Assembly (NCBI GenBank): GCA_913056345.1
Contig: CAJXMH010000003.1
Span: forward strand, 38,694-102,693
From: an uncultured Flavobacteriales bacterium
GTDB lineage: Bacteria; Bacteroidota; Bacteroidia; Flavobacteriales_E; Vicingaceae
Length of the DNA stretch: 64,000 bases
Direction of reading: 5' to 3'
The notes beneath the pieces are model-generated. The model was not told where the DNA came from, ran no database searches, and saw nothing but the letters and a program-made list of their open reading frames with translations. How positions within the stretch are numbered: the first letter of the stretch is position 1; each line of letters begins with the position of its first letter. The translations under genes were made by a program, and so were the position numbers. Shown here in pieces: positions 11,756 to 19,866 of the stretch.

Positions 11756-13045
11756 ATGAACGAAACAGCAGCTATACAGACGAAACAAGACTTTTTAGCG
11801 CACTTTAAGAATCTAGATTTTTCTTTTGATGCAGACTTTTCAAAGGAGAAAAGAGACTTCGCCAAGGAGCAGCTTCAAAAATTAAACTTCCCTACTTCTA
11901 AAACAGAATATTGGAAGTATACACGGATCAATAAATTGATTAAGGGTAATTACAAGACTGATTTTCCTACAGCTGAAATTGATTTTGAGCTTTCAGTGCC
12001 AAGCAAGAATTGCTTGGTATTGGTTAATGGCTATTTTAGTAAAGAGTTGAGTTGGTCCGAACAGACAGATGGAGTTCATTTTTCATCCCTTTCTGAGGCC
12101 AAGGAAAAAGGTGGCGCTATAGCAAAGAAATTTGGCTCATTAAGTAAAGATGAAACTGAGATCTTTTCTAGCATTAATACTGCTTATCATCAAGATGGAG
12201 CCTTTTTGCACCTTGAAAAGGGTGCTCAAGCCTCTGAGCCATTCTACATCTTACACTTGGTAGATTCAGAGGGAGCAGTTTCCAATCCTAGAAACCTGAT
12301 CATGATGGAAGAAGGCAGTTCCGCTAAAGTGGTTATGAAAACCCTGAGCACCAAAAAAGGGGCGTCTTTTACCAATATGCTGTCGGAAATTTTTGTTGAT
12401 CGGGGCGCTAATTTGAGCGTTGATAAAGTTCAAAATGAAGGGGAGCAAGACTATCAAATAGCTTGTGAGCAAGTTGAACAAAAAGCAGATAGTGTATTCA
12501 AGATCAACACATTTACGCTAGGTGGCAAACTAGTGCGTAACAACCTAAACATTGATTTGCTTGGTCAGCACACTGAAACGTGGTTGAATGGATTGTATTT
12601 GTTGCAAAACAAACAGCACGTTGATAATCACACCCATGTTTTTCACCGAGAGCCCAATTGTGAGTCTCACGAACTGTACAAGGGAATTATGAATGATAAG
12701 TCTACCGGAGTATTTAATGGGAAGGTTTATGTTCACAGGGAAGCTCAAAAAACCAATGCTTATCAGTCTAACGCCAATATGGTTTTAACTGATGAAGCTA
12801 GCATCAATTCTAAACCAGAACTAGAAATTTACGCTGACGATGTGCAGTGTAGTCATGGTTCAACTACCGGACAACTAGACGAAGAAGCCTTATTCTACTT
12901 AAGGTCAAGAGGTATGTCTCAAGAAAGTGCAAGGGCAGTATTATTGAATGCATTTGCGGCTGACGTATTGGAACATATTGGAGTAGATGCCGTTAAAGAG
13001 GATGTAGAATCATTTATTGATAAACATTACCAAGGAGTTAAATAA
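11756..13045 (+). CDS. sufD: Fe-S cluster assembly protein SufD
   Basis: 429 aa, positioned after sufC, with a SufB/SufD beta-helix C-terminal block (PELEIYADDVQCSHGSTTGQLDEEALFYLRSRG). Confidence 0.92.
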   Translation: MNETAAIQTKQDFLAHFKNLDFSFDADFSKEKRDFAKEQLQKLNFPTSKTEYWKYTRINKLIKGNYKTDFPTAEIDFELSVPSKNCLVLVNGYFSKELSWSEQTDGVHFSSLSEAKEKGGAIAKKFGSLSKDETEIFSSINTAYHQDGAFLHLEKGAQASEPFYILHLVDSEGAVSNPRNLIMMEEGSSAKVVMKTLSTKKGASFTNMLSEIFVDRGANLSVDKVQNEGEQDYQIACEQVEQKADSVFKINTFTLGGKLVRNNLNIDLLGQHTETWLNGLYLLQNKQHVDNHTHVFHREPNCESHELYKGIMNDKSTGVFNGKVYVHREAQKTNAYQSNANMVLTDEASINSKPELEIYADDVQCSHGSTTGQLDEEALFYLRSRGMSQESARAVLLNAFAADVLEHIGVDAVKEDVESFIDKHYQGVK

Positions 13046-13048
13046 TTC

Positions 13049-14287
13049 ATGAGTCAAGCGGTTAGACAGAAGTTCAACGTAGAAGAAATAAGGAAAGATT
13101 TTCCCATTTTAAGCAGAAAAGTCAACGGTAAACCTTTGGTTTATTTTGATAATGGAGCTACTTCACAAAAACCGGATGTTGTTGCTGATGCTATTAGTTT
13201 GTACTACAAGCATGAAAACAGTAACATTCATCGAGGGGTCCACACTTTAAGCCAAGAAGCTACAACTGCCTACGAACAGGTAAGGGAAAAGATGCAGCAG
13301 TATCTTTCCGCAGAGCACAAAGAAGAAATCATTTTCACCAAAGGGACTACCGATGGGATCAATTTGATCGCTTCCTCTTTTGGTAAGCATCATTTGAAGG
13401 AGGGAGATGAGGTAATTATCTCTGCTATGGAGCACCACTCTAATATTGTTCCTTGGCAAATGATTTGTGAAGAGAAAGGTGCGACCCTTAAGGTTATTCC
13501 AATTAATGATCAAGGTGAAATCGATCTTGAAGCCTATAAAGGTCTTTTAAGTTCTAGAACCAAAATGGTTTCAATAGTGCATATTTCAAATACTCTAGGA
13601 ACCATTAATCCTGTTAAGGAAATGACTGCGCTTGCTCAAGAAAAAGGTGCTGTAGTTTTGATTGATGGGGCGCAATCAGTGCCCCATAAGCCAATAAATG
13701 TGCAGGAAATAGGAGCAGAATTCTATGTGTTTTCCATGCATAAGCTATTCGGTCCAACAGGGGTGGGTGTTTTATATGGCAAGAAAGAATGGTTAGATGC
13801 TTTGCCTCCCTATCAAGGAGGTGGCGATATGATCAAAACAGTAACTTTTGAGCGAACGACCTACAATGAATTACCCCATAAATTTGAGGCGGGTACTCCA
13901 AATATCGCAGGTGGTATCGCCACAGGTGCAGCCTTGGATTATTTGAATCAACTTGATTGGGAGGGTATACAATTACATGAGCAATCTCTGTTAGATTACG
14001 GTACAGAAAAATTAAAACAAATTGAGGGCCTTAGAATAATTGGAGAGGCAGCGCAAAAAGCAAGCGTTATTTCTTTTGTTGTGGATGGAATACATGCCTA
14101 CGATCTCGGGGTGATTATGGATAAAATGGGAGTAGCAGTGCGTACCGGTCACCATTGCACCCAGCCTCTAATGAACCGTTTTGGTATTTTAGGTACCGCT
14201 CGTGCAAGTTTCGCATTTTATAACACCAAAGAGGAAATTGATCAGTTTATGGAAGCCCTCCATAGAGCAATCAAGATGTTAAAGTAA
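13049..14287 (+). CDS. sufS: cysteine desulfurase SufS (group II)
   Basis: 412 aa with PLP-Lys context FSMHKLFGPTG and catalytic Cys context RTGHHCTQP. Confidence 0.96.
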   Translation: MSQAVRQKFNVEEIRKDFPILSRKVNGKPLVYFDNGATSQKPDVVADAISLYYKHENSNIHRGVHTLSQEATTAYEQVREKMQQYLSAEHKEEIIFTKGTTDGINLIASSFGKHHLKEGDEVIISAMEHHSNIVPWQMICEEKGATLKVIPINDQGEIDLEAYKGLLSSRTKMVSIVHISNTLGTINPVKEMTALAQEKGAVVLIDGAQSVPHKPINVQEIGAEFYVFSMHKLFGPTGVGVLYGKKEWLDALPPYQGGGDMIKTVTFERTTYNELPHKFEAGTPNIAGGIATGAALDYLNQLDWEGIQLHEQSLLDYGTEKLKQIEGLRIIGEAAQKASVISFVVDGIHAYDLGVIMDKMGVAVRTGHHCTQPLMNRFGILGTARASFAFYNTKEEIDQFMEALHRAIKMLK

Positions 14288-14709
14288 TGAGTAGCATTAA
14301 AGAAAGACAAGAAGAGGTTGTAGAAGAGTTTTCCATGTTTGAAGACTGGATGGATAAATATGAATACCTCATTTCATTGGGTAAAGAATTACCCTTAATA
14401 GAAGAAAGTAAAAAGGTAGAAGAGAACATCATTAAAGGATGCCAGTCTAGAGTTTGGCTAGATGCTCAATTGCAAGATGGGAAAATATACTTTACAGCTG
14501 ACAGTGATGCCATTATTACAAAGGGAATCATAGCGCTAATGATAAGGGTGCTATCAGAAAGTTCACCCAAGGATATTGCTGAAACGGACTTACATTTTGT
14601 AGATGAAATTGGCTTAAAAGAGCATTTGTCTCCAACTCGTTCTAATGGATTGGTTAGTATGATCAAGAAAATGAAAACTTACGGAATTGCCTTTCAAGCT
14701 AAAGCTTAG
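14287..14709 (+). CDS. sufE: sulfur acceptor SufE
   Basis: 140 aa with the GCQSRVWL active-site Cys motif. Its ATG overlaps the sufS stop (TAATG). Confidence 0.9.
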   Translation: MSSIKERQEEVVEEFSMFEDWMDKYEYLISLGKELPLIEESKKVEENIIKGCQSRVWLDAQLQDGKIYFTADSDAIITKGIIALMIRVLSESSPKDIAETDLHFVDEIGLKEHLSPTRSNGLVSMIKKMKTYGIAFQAKA

Positions 14710-14712
14710 ATT

Positions 14713-15048
14713 ATGGAAAATAAAGATGCAAAACAGCTCAGTAAAAAAGATGTAGAAAACCAAGTAATCGAGGTTTTAAAAACCATCTATGATCCTGAGA
14801 TACCAGTTAATATATATGATCTTGGTTTGATTTATTTTGTAAGGGTTGATGATGAGCACAATGTTAAGATCGAAATGACATTGACTTCGCCTAATTGTCC
14901 TGTAGCAGAAAGCTTACCCAATGAAGTAGAGACTAAAGCAGCAGGTTGCTGGTGCGTGAAATCAGCGAAGGTAGAAATCGTATGGGATCCACCTTGGGGT
15001 AAGGAAATGATGAGTGAGGAGGCGATGTTGGAGCTCGGCTTCATGTAA
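14713..15048 (+). CDS. sufT: SUF-system Fe-S assembly protein, DUF59/SufT family
   Basis: 111 aa with DPEIPVNIYDLGLIY and LTSPNCP, which are DUF59 hallmarks. Confidence 0.85.
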   Translation: MENKDAKQLSKKDVENQVIEVLKTIYDPEIPVNIYDLGLIYFVRVDDEHNVKIEMTLTSPNCPVAESLPNEVETKAAGCWCVKSAKVEIVWDPPWGKEMMSEEAMLELGFM

Positions 15049-15218
15049 CCTCTGTTTATAAAGCTCAATAACTTTGTTATGCTTATTTTGTAAACTAGTG
15101 ACCTACGGGAGTAAGCTTCTAGCTTCCAAAATTTCGCAAGTTTCTTTCTCGAGCTCCCTAAGTCAGATATAGAGGTTTTGAAACTCTTTGTTTTGCTTGG
15201 ACATCGAGCTGAGTCGAG

Positions 15219-15767
15219 ATGCAAGCAAACAGAATTGAAAAGATTAACGCTATGGCAGAAGAAATTATAAACCGCGTGGCCAAAAGTGGCCTGATTACTT
15301 TAAACCTTGAAGAGTTTTACCCTGAAGGGGAAAGGATTTTGTACGACATCAAAGACAACCTTTGGGAAGGCATTGCTTTGAAAGAAAAAGATTTTCGTGC
15401 TTTTGTAAAAGAAAATGACTGGAGTCAATACGAGGGCAAATATGTGGCTTTGCATTGCTCGGTAGATGCCATAGTGCCTACTTGGGCTTACATGTTATTA
15501 GCCACTAAATTAGCTCCTTACGCTAAAAAAGTGTGCTTTGGCGATCTCGCTCAATTGGAAAGTTTGATTTTTGAAGAAGCTATTATCAAAAATGTGAATC
15601 CGGAAGAGTATAAAGATGCCAGACTAGTAATCAAAGGCTGCAGTGACAAAGAGGTGCCACCTTCAGCTTATGTTAAGCTTACTGAAATGCTCCAACCTTA
15701 CGCGAAAGTCTTAATGTATGGAGAGCCTTGCTCTACCGTGCCGCTTTATAAGAAGCCGAGGAAGTAG
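15219..15767 (+). CDS. DUF2480 family protein (Bacteroidota-specific, function unknown)
   Basis: 182 aa. The pattern SGLITLNLEEFYP..., KEKDFRAFVKENDW, DAIVPTWAYMLL matches my recollection of DUF2480, which commonly follows suf genes in Flavobacteriia. The true start may be the internal MAEEI. Confidence 0.7.
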   Translation: MQANRIEKINAMAEEIINRVAKSGLITLNLEEFYPEGERILYDIKDNLWEGIALKEKDFRAFVKENDWSQYEGKYVALHCSVDAIVPTWAYMLLATKLAPYAKKVCFGDLAQLESLIFEEAIIKNVNPEEYKDARLVIKGCSDKEVPPSAYVKLTEMLQPYAKVLMYGEPCSTVPLYKKPRK

Positions 15768-15769
15768 AT
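15713..15769 (+). repeat. copy A (functional) of the DUF2480 gene 3' end, including the stop codon
   Basis: aatgtatggagagccttgctctaccgtgccgctttataagaagccgaggaagtagat encodes ..MYGEPCSTVPLYKKPRK*. It is the reference for copies B and C. Confidence 0.9.
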
Positions 15770-15839
15770 GTGATATGATTACTTTATTTGCTCCTAGCTA
15801 TGATTCTAACAAATAAACAATGAGTATTAAATCTAATTG

Positions 15840-16253
15840 TTAATTCATATAGTAAGCTATATCTGGGAGTAAATAGTGTCTACTAAAACTTATTTTTAGA
15901 TAATATTGATTCAAGTGTTCTACAGTCCACCGTTGATCGTCAAGAAATAGAGTCTTATTATCATCTTCAAGCTTCCAAATTCCAAAGTGAGTGTCTTCAT
16001 CATCAGAATAGATGATATAGGTCCTGTCAGCATTAAAAATATACCTCTTATTTGAATTTACCGGATATACTGTTCCAAAAGTTTCATACTTGTAACAGTT
16101 CCAGTTTTTGGCAATTAAAAGCAAGCTTCCTTCTAAGTTAGAGAGATCAATAGGATTGTTGAGTGAGGGGTCATATTTTTCTTCTTCTTTTGAACAAGCA
16201 ATTATCAAAAGAATCAAAAAAAGAAATGGAAAGCTTGTAAGGTTTATTTTCAT
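15840..16253 (-). CDS. small lipoprotein, lipocalin-like domain (putative)
   Basis: 137 aa with signal peptide plus lipobox (LILLIIACSKEE). The GIWKLEDDNKTLFL..WTVEHL pattern is typical of lipocalin-like small lipoproteins. Confidence 0.6.
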   Translation of the reverse strand: MKINLTSFPFLFLILLIIACSKEEEKYDPSLNNPIDLSNLEGSLLLIAKNWNCYKYETFGTVYPVNSNKRYIFNADRTYIIYSDDEDTHFGIWKLEDDNKTLFLDDQRWTVEHLNQYYLKISFSRHYLLPDIAYYMN

Positions 16254-16368
16254 CTATAAAACTATGATAACGTACTAATTGCTTTGATACGCTATTCAAT
16301 TGATTAAGAAATGAAGATCTTTATTTGAGTCGAAATTAATAAAATTCTGTACAGCATGCCTTGGTGTT

Positions 16369-16425
16369 AATGTTTACGGAGCCTTGATCTACGGTGCTGC
16401 TCTATAAGAAGCCGAGGAAGTAGAT
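16369..16425 (+). repeat. copy B: decayed duplicate of the DUF2480 gene 3' end
   Basis: aatgtttacggagccttgatctacggtgctgctctataagaagccgaggaagtagat matches copy A at 49/57 positions ungapped by hand alignment, with the last 23 nt identical. In the copy-A frame it reads MFTEP*STVLLYKKPRK*, which has an internal stop. It ends 3 nt before the convergent mscS-family stop. Confidence 0.9.
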
Positions 16426-16428
16426 CAA

Positions 16429-17271
16429 TTACTTTTCCTTTTCGCCTCCCTGATAAACTGTCCTTCTCGGAATAGGGATTTTGATTCCTTCTTGATCTAA
16501 TTCTTTTTTTACTGCTTCTAGTTGTTCCCAAAACAAAGGCCAATACTCCGTTGACGGTACCCAACATCGAGCCATTATTTTCATATCGTATTCTCTTATT
16601 TCTTCTAACCTTACATCTACGTCTAAATGAGTGGCTACTTTAGGGTTTTTACTCAACGCTCTTACAATTACCTCGCGAAGCCTGTCCACATCTTCTTCAA
16701 AAGAGAATTTAAGCTCAAGGTCAATCCTGCGATACTTTTCAGCAGTGCGGTTGTCCACATCACTGTTTGAAACCCCTCCATTTGGCATGGTGATGATGCG
16801 GCCATCAAAGGTTTTTATACTAGTGTACAAAATGTCAATTTTCTGAACCTCACCTAGTTTCCCATTTACTTCAATCAAATCTCCCACTCTAAAAGGCTTG
16901 AATACCAAAATGAGAATTCCACCGGCAAAATTTGACAAACTGCCTTGCAAGGCCAAACCTACCGCAATACCGGCTGCCCCGAAAATGGCTAAGAAGGAAG
17001 TTGATTTTATTCCTAAGATCGATCCAACTGCAAAGAACAATAGTCCGTAAAGCAGGAAAATACTTAGGCTTTCAATAAAGGTTTTTAACGATAGCTCTAC
17101 CTTGGATTTTACTAACGCCCTTTTCAGCAGTCTCATTACGAACTTGATAATAAATACACCAAGGAAAAAGCAGATGACAGCATAAACGATATCAAGTCCA
17201 ATATCAAGTAGCAAAGTCTGAAGCTTAGACTTTAACTCTATCCAAAAATCTTGATCTATTTGTGTGGGCAT
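16429..17271 (-). CDS. mechanosensitive ion channel (MscS family)
   Basis: 280 aa with 3 N-terminal TM helices followed by FKPFRVGDLIEVNGKLGEVQKIDILYTSIKTFDGRIITMPNG, the MscS beta-domain signature. Confidence 0.88.
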   Translation of the reverse strand: MPTQIDQDFWIELKSKLQTLLLDIGLDIVYAVICFFLGVFIIKFVMRLLKRALVKSKVELSLKTFIESLSIFLLYGLLFFAVGSILGIKSTSFLAIFGAAGIAVGLALQGSLSNFAGGILILVFKPFRVGDLIEVNGKLGEVQKIDILYTSIKTFDGRIITMPNGGVSNSDVDNRTAEKYRRIDLELKFSFEEDVDRLREVIVRALSKNPKVATHLDVDVRLEEIREYDMKIMARCWVPSTEYWPLFWEQLEAVKKELDQEGIKIPIPRRTVYQGGEKEK

Positions 17272-17493
17272 TTCCGCTGAGAGGGTTAAAGGTTCAATGG
17301 TCTATCAGAAATCAATATTCTTTCAAAAGCTAACAAGATAGCAAAAATTGGCAGGAGAAGTTCAAATATCTTAGATTCAAGCATTCACCTTTACTTTAGT
17401 GTTTAACGGTAAAATCATAAAGCATTGGGCAAATCCTGCAAAAATGACGGCATTTAAATTTCATTAGGAATTAAGAATTTTCTAAAAATTAGA

Positions 17494-17537
17494 AATGTGG
17501 TATGGTGCCACTTTGTAAAAAGCCGAGGGGGTAAAAT
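17494..17537 (+). repeat. copy C: more decayed, internally deleted duplicate of the DUF2480 gene 3' end
   Basis: aatgtggtatggtgccactttgtaaaaagccgagggggtaaaat. Its core gtgccactttgtaaaaagccgagggggtaaaat matches copy A gtgccgctttataagaagccgaggaagtagat at 25/32 positions by hand alignment, and the aatgt head is retained. Confidence 0.75.
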
Positions 17538-17596
17538 TTTTAGTTTGAAGAAATGTGATTATAGTATCCGATACAATTATTTATAACAGATTGAGG

Positions 17597-18010
17597 TTAA
17601 AATAAAAGTAAGTTTCCCTTTTCTAAAATAGATTTGTTGACTGATATCTCTTTTCTAGTAAAAGATTGGACGAGAGATTGAAATTTGCACACGGTGAAGA
17701 CTAATAAGTTTTGACTTCTTTTGCTTTCTTCCTTCAAGTAAATGGAATTTTTATCAGTTTTACATATCTTCCAATCAAACATAGTGCTATTATGTTTAAT
17801 TGTTTCACCTAGTTTGAAGCCCAAAAGGTTTAGCCACTTTTCATCTAAAGTAATAAATTGAAACTTGCTGTTATCTATGACTATTTGATCCATATCACTA
17901 CCTTCAATAATCATCAATTTATTTAAATGGTATATTACTTTGTAAACTTTTTTGTTGCACTGAATCAATGCTCCTAGCATATTCAGCTTTTCATTTAAAC
18001 CTTCATTCAT
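17597..18010 (-). CDS. hypothetical protein (ORFan, AT-rich)
   Basis: 137-aa ORF with no competing ORF and no motif I recognise. Confidence 0.5.
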   Translation of the reverse strand: MNEGLNEKLNMLGALIQCNKKVYKVIYHLNKLMIIEGSDMDQIVIDNSKFQFITLDEKWLNLLGFKLGETIKHNSTMFDWKICKTDKNSIYLKEESKRSQNLLVFTVCKFQSLVQSFTRKEISVNKSILEKGNLLLF

Positions 18011-18138
18011 GGGTAATATTTTATATTAGATATAAAAGGGTATTTATGAAGTTTCCCTCATATATCTATTACAACAATTTTTGAAAATAGGTTGAAATTC
18101 ATCTAATCTGCTACGGTGGCGTCAAATGGTGTTGATTC

Positions 18139-18798
18139 TCACTTCTTTAATGTTTTTATGCTCCAAACCGAAAAAATTAAGATATATCTTACAGGAAAGG
18201 CAATTAAAATGAGTGTAATGAATGTGAGTTTAGTTTTGTGATAAATTTCTTTCTCACTAAGCTCGTCTTTTTCTTTGTAAAGGTCTGCTAGTTTGGGACT
18301 AATTCTTTTTCGCTGAGCCTTCTTTTTTCTTATTATTTTAAGATTTTCTGCATCTGACTTCGTAAATAAATTTTTGTTAATGAAAGACTTGAAATCTAAC
18401 CAATTGTAAAAGCCAAGTTCATTAAGCTTTTCTATTTGTTTTTGCGTCCATTTATAATTCCAGTAATGAGCTAAGCTGTCTGAATTGTTTAGTGATTTTA
18501 AATTTTTATTCCAAAACTCATCACTGGATTCATACTGATCTACAGCAAATAGTGATTTATATCTTTCATAAAATTGATTTCGGACAAGACTTTTCTTTTT
18601 TAGAGGCTCATTCAATAATTGAATCTCGTTTCGAAGTTCAGTATAGTGGTTAGAAGATTGCTGAATCTGATAATCTAATATTGAACTGTAACCAACAATA
18701 GCTAAATAAGTTAATATGGTCAAGATGCAACAGCCCAATAGAAACAAAAACTCTCTAGCAATTATTTTTTTAGTGTGTAGTTTCATATACAAATGCAA
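18139..18798 (-). CDS. hypothetical membrane protein (N- and C-terminal TM helices)
   Basis: 219-aa ORF with hydrophobic segments FLFLLGCCILTILTYLAIVGY and LTFITLILIAFPVRYILIFSVW flanking a ~150-aa K/N-rich region. The start may be the MKLHT at 18786. Confidence 0.55.
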   Translation of the reverse strand: MHLYMKLHTKKIIAREFLFLLGCCILTILTYLAIVGYSSILDYQIQQSSNHYTELRNEIQLLNEPLKKKSLVRNQFYERYKSLFAVDQYESSDEFWNKNLKSLNNSDSLAHYWNYKWTQKQIEKLNELGFYNWLDFKSFINKNLFTKSDAENLKIIRKKKAQRKRISPKLADLYKEKDELSEKEIYHKTKLTFITLILIAFPVRYILIFSVWSIKTLKK

Positions 18799-18932
18799 AA
18801 AGTACTAAATATCTAAATATATATAGAATTGTAGCTTTTTACTTCATAAAAGCTAAATCAACTTATATTTTACAATTGCTCTGGACTGACTTTCAGGGAA
18901 GAGACCTGCGGCAGAATGATGTTCATAAAAGG

Positions 18933-18966
18933 CAAAAAAAAGAGCCAAGTATTAAACTTGACTCTT
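18933..18966 (-). terminator. rho-independent terminator downstream of tRNA-Phe
   Basis: On the minus strand the stem is AAGAGTCAAG/CTTGGCTCTT (10 bp with one G.U), the loop is 7 nt, and a T8 run follows. It begins 6 nt after the tRNA 3' end. Confidence 0.8.
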
Positions 18967-18972
18967 AAAAGG

Positions 18973-19045
18973 TGGTGCCAGCTGGAATCGAACCAGCGAC
19001 ACAAGGATTTTCAGTCCTTTGCTCTACCAACTGAGCTATGGCACC
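18973..19045 (-). tRNA. tRNA-Phe (GAA)
   Basis: The reverse complement GGTGCCATAGCTCAGTTGGTAGAGCAAAGGACTGAAAATCCTTGTGTCGCTGGTTCGATTCCAGCTGGCACCA folds as a canonical cloverleaf. The acceptor is GGTGCCA/TGGCACC, the anticodon stem is AAGGA/TCCTT with loop CTGAAAA, and the T arm is GCTGG-TTCGATT-CCAGC. CCA is not encoded. Confidence 0.97.
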
Positions 19046-19134
19046 TTTTTTTATTGGTCGGCAAATGTAAAAATAATATTTAAGTCAACTTCAATCAGGC
19101 AAAAGATTTTTAAAAGCATTGCTTAGCTTTGATT

Positions 19135-19866
19135 ATGGCTTTTAACCTGGCAATCGATATTGGCAACAGCAAAACGAAGTTTGGCCTTTTTCAAACAAAG
19201 AAACTGCTGCAGTTTAAGGTCCTCGACAATCAAGCGCTTGCCGCAAGCAATCAACTTTTTAGTGACTTTTATCCTGAATGGGTTATTTTATCATCAGTAA
19301 ACCGTAAAGCCGAGCAACAACTTAAGCTAGATCAAATTTCTAACAAGCTGATCGAACTATCGCATAACAGCAAACTGCCGTTTGAGCTTTCTTATCATAC
19401 TCCTGAAACCCTTGGTAAGGATAGAATTGCCGCAGTTGCCGCAGCCCAGGCCGAATACCCAGCTCAAAATGCCTTGGTTATTGACGCCGGTACTTGTGTT
19501 ACCTATGATTTTATAGATCAGACAGGCAGGTATTATGGCGGCGCAATTTCTCCGGGAATTCAGATGCGATTAAAAGCCATGCACCAATTTACTGATCAGC
19601 TGCCACTTTTAAGTTGGGATGGTGAGCCAACTAATCTTACCGGGCAGAGTTCAATAAACTCAATGTTATCGGGAGCTGTTAACGGTTTGCGCCTTGAGGT
19701 AGATGGGTTTATTGAGGAATATAAGTCCAAGCATAAAAATCTAAAAGTACTCCTTACAGGTGGGGATGCTCCGCTCTTTGAAAAAGACTTAAAAAATGGC
19801 ATCTTTGCAGACCCAAATTTGGTGCTAAAAGGATTAAATGAAATACTTCTTTACAACTGCGATTAA
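19135..19866 (+). CDS. coaX: type III pantothenate kinase
   Basis: LAIDIGNSKTKFGLF, LGKDRIAA and VLLTGGDA motifs of CoaX. ATG 19135 is preferred over the in-frame TTG at 19129. Confidence 0.9.
   Translation: MAFNLAIDIGNSKTKFGLFQTKKLLQFKVLDNQALAASNQLFSDFYPEWVILSSVNRKAEQQLKLDQISNKLIELSHNSKLPFELSYHTPETLGKDRIAAVAAAQAEYPAQNALVIDAGTCVTYDFIDQTGRYYGGAISPGIQMRLKAMHQFTDQLPLLSWDGEPTNLTGQSSINSMLSGAVNGLRLEVDGFIEEYKSKHKNLKVLLTGGDAPLFEKDLKNGIFADPNLVLKGLNEILLYNCD

Noticed and set aside
14832-15224. 130-aa minus-strand ORF spanning the sufT end and the sufT-DUF2480 spacer.
   Set aside because: It runs antisense to sufT for most of its length and has no recognisable features. The spacer is better explained as promoter or UTR DNA.
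16367-16567. 66-aa minus-strand ORF overlapping the 3' end of the MscS-family gene and relic copy B.
   Set aside because: It is out of frame inside a well-supported gene, and its basic low-complexity product looks like an artefact.
17501-17512. Relic copy C contains tggtgcca, the same 8-mer as the 3' acceptor end of tRNA-Phe (18973-18980). This raised the idea that copy C is also a tRNA-Phe att site.
   Set aside because: The match is only 8 nt, and about two chance hits are expected on both strands of 64 kb. The surrounding bases align to the DUF2480 3' end instead.
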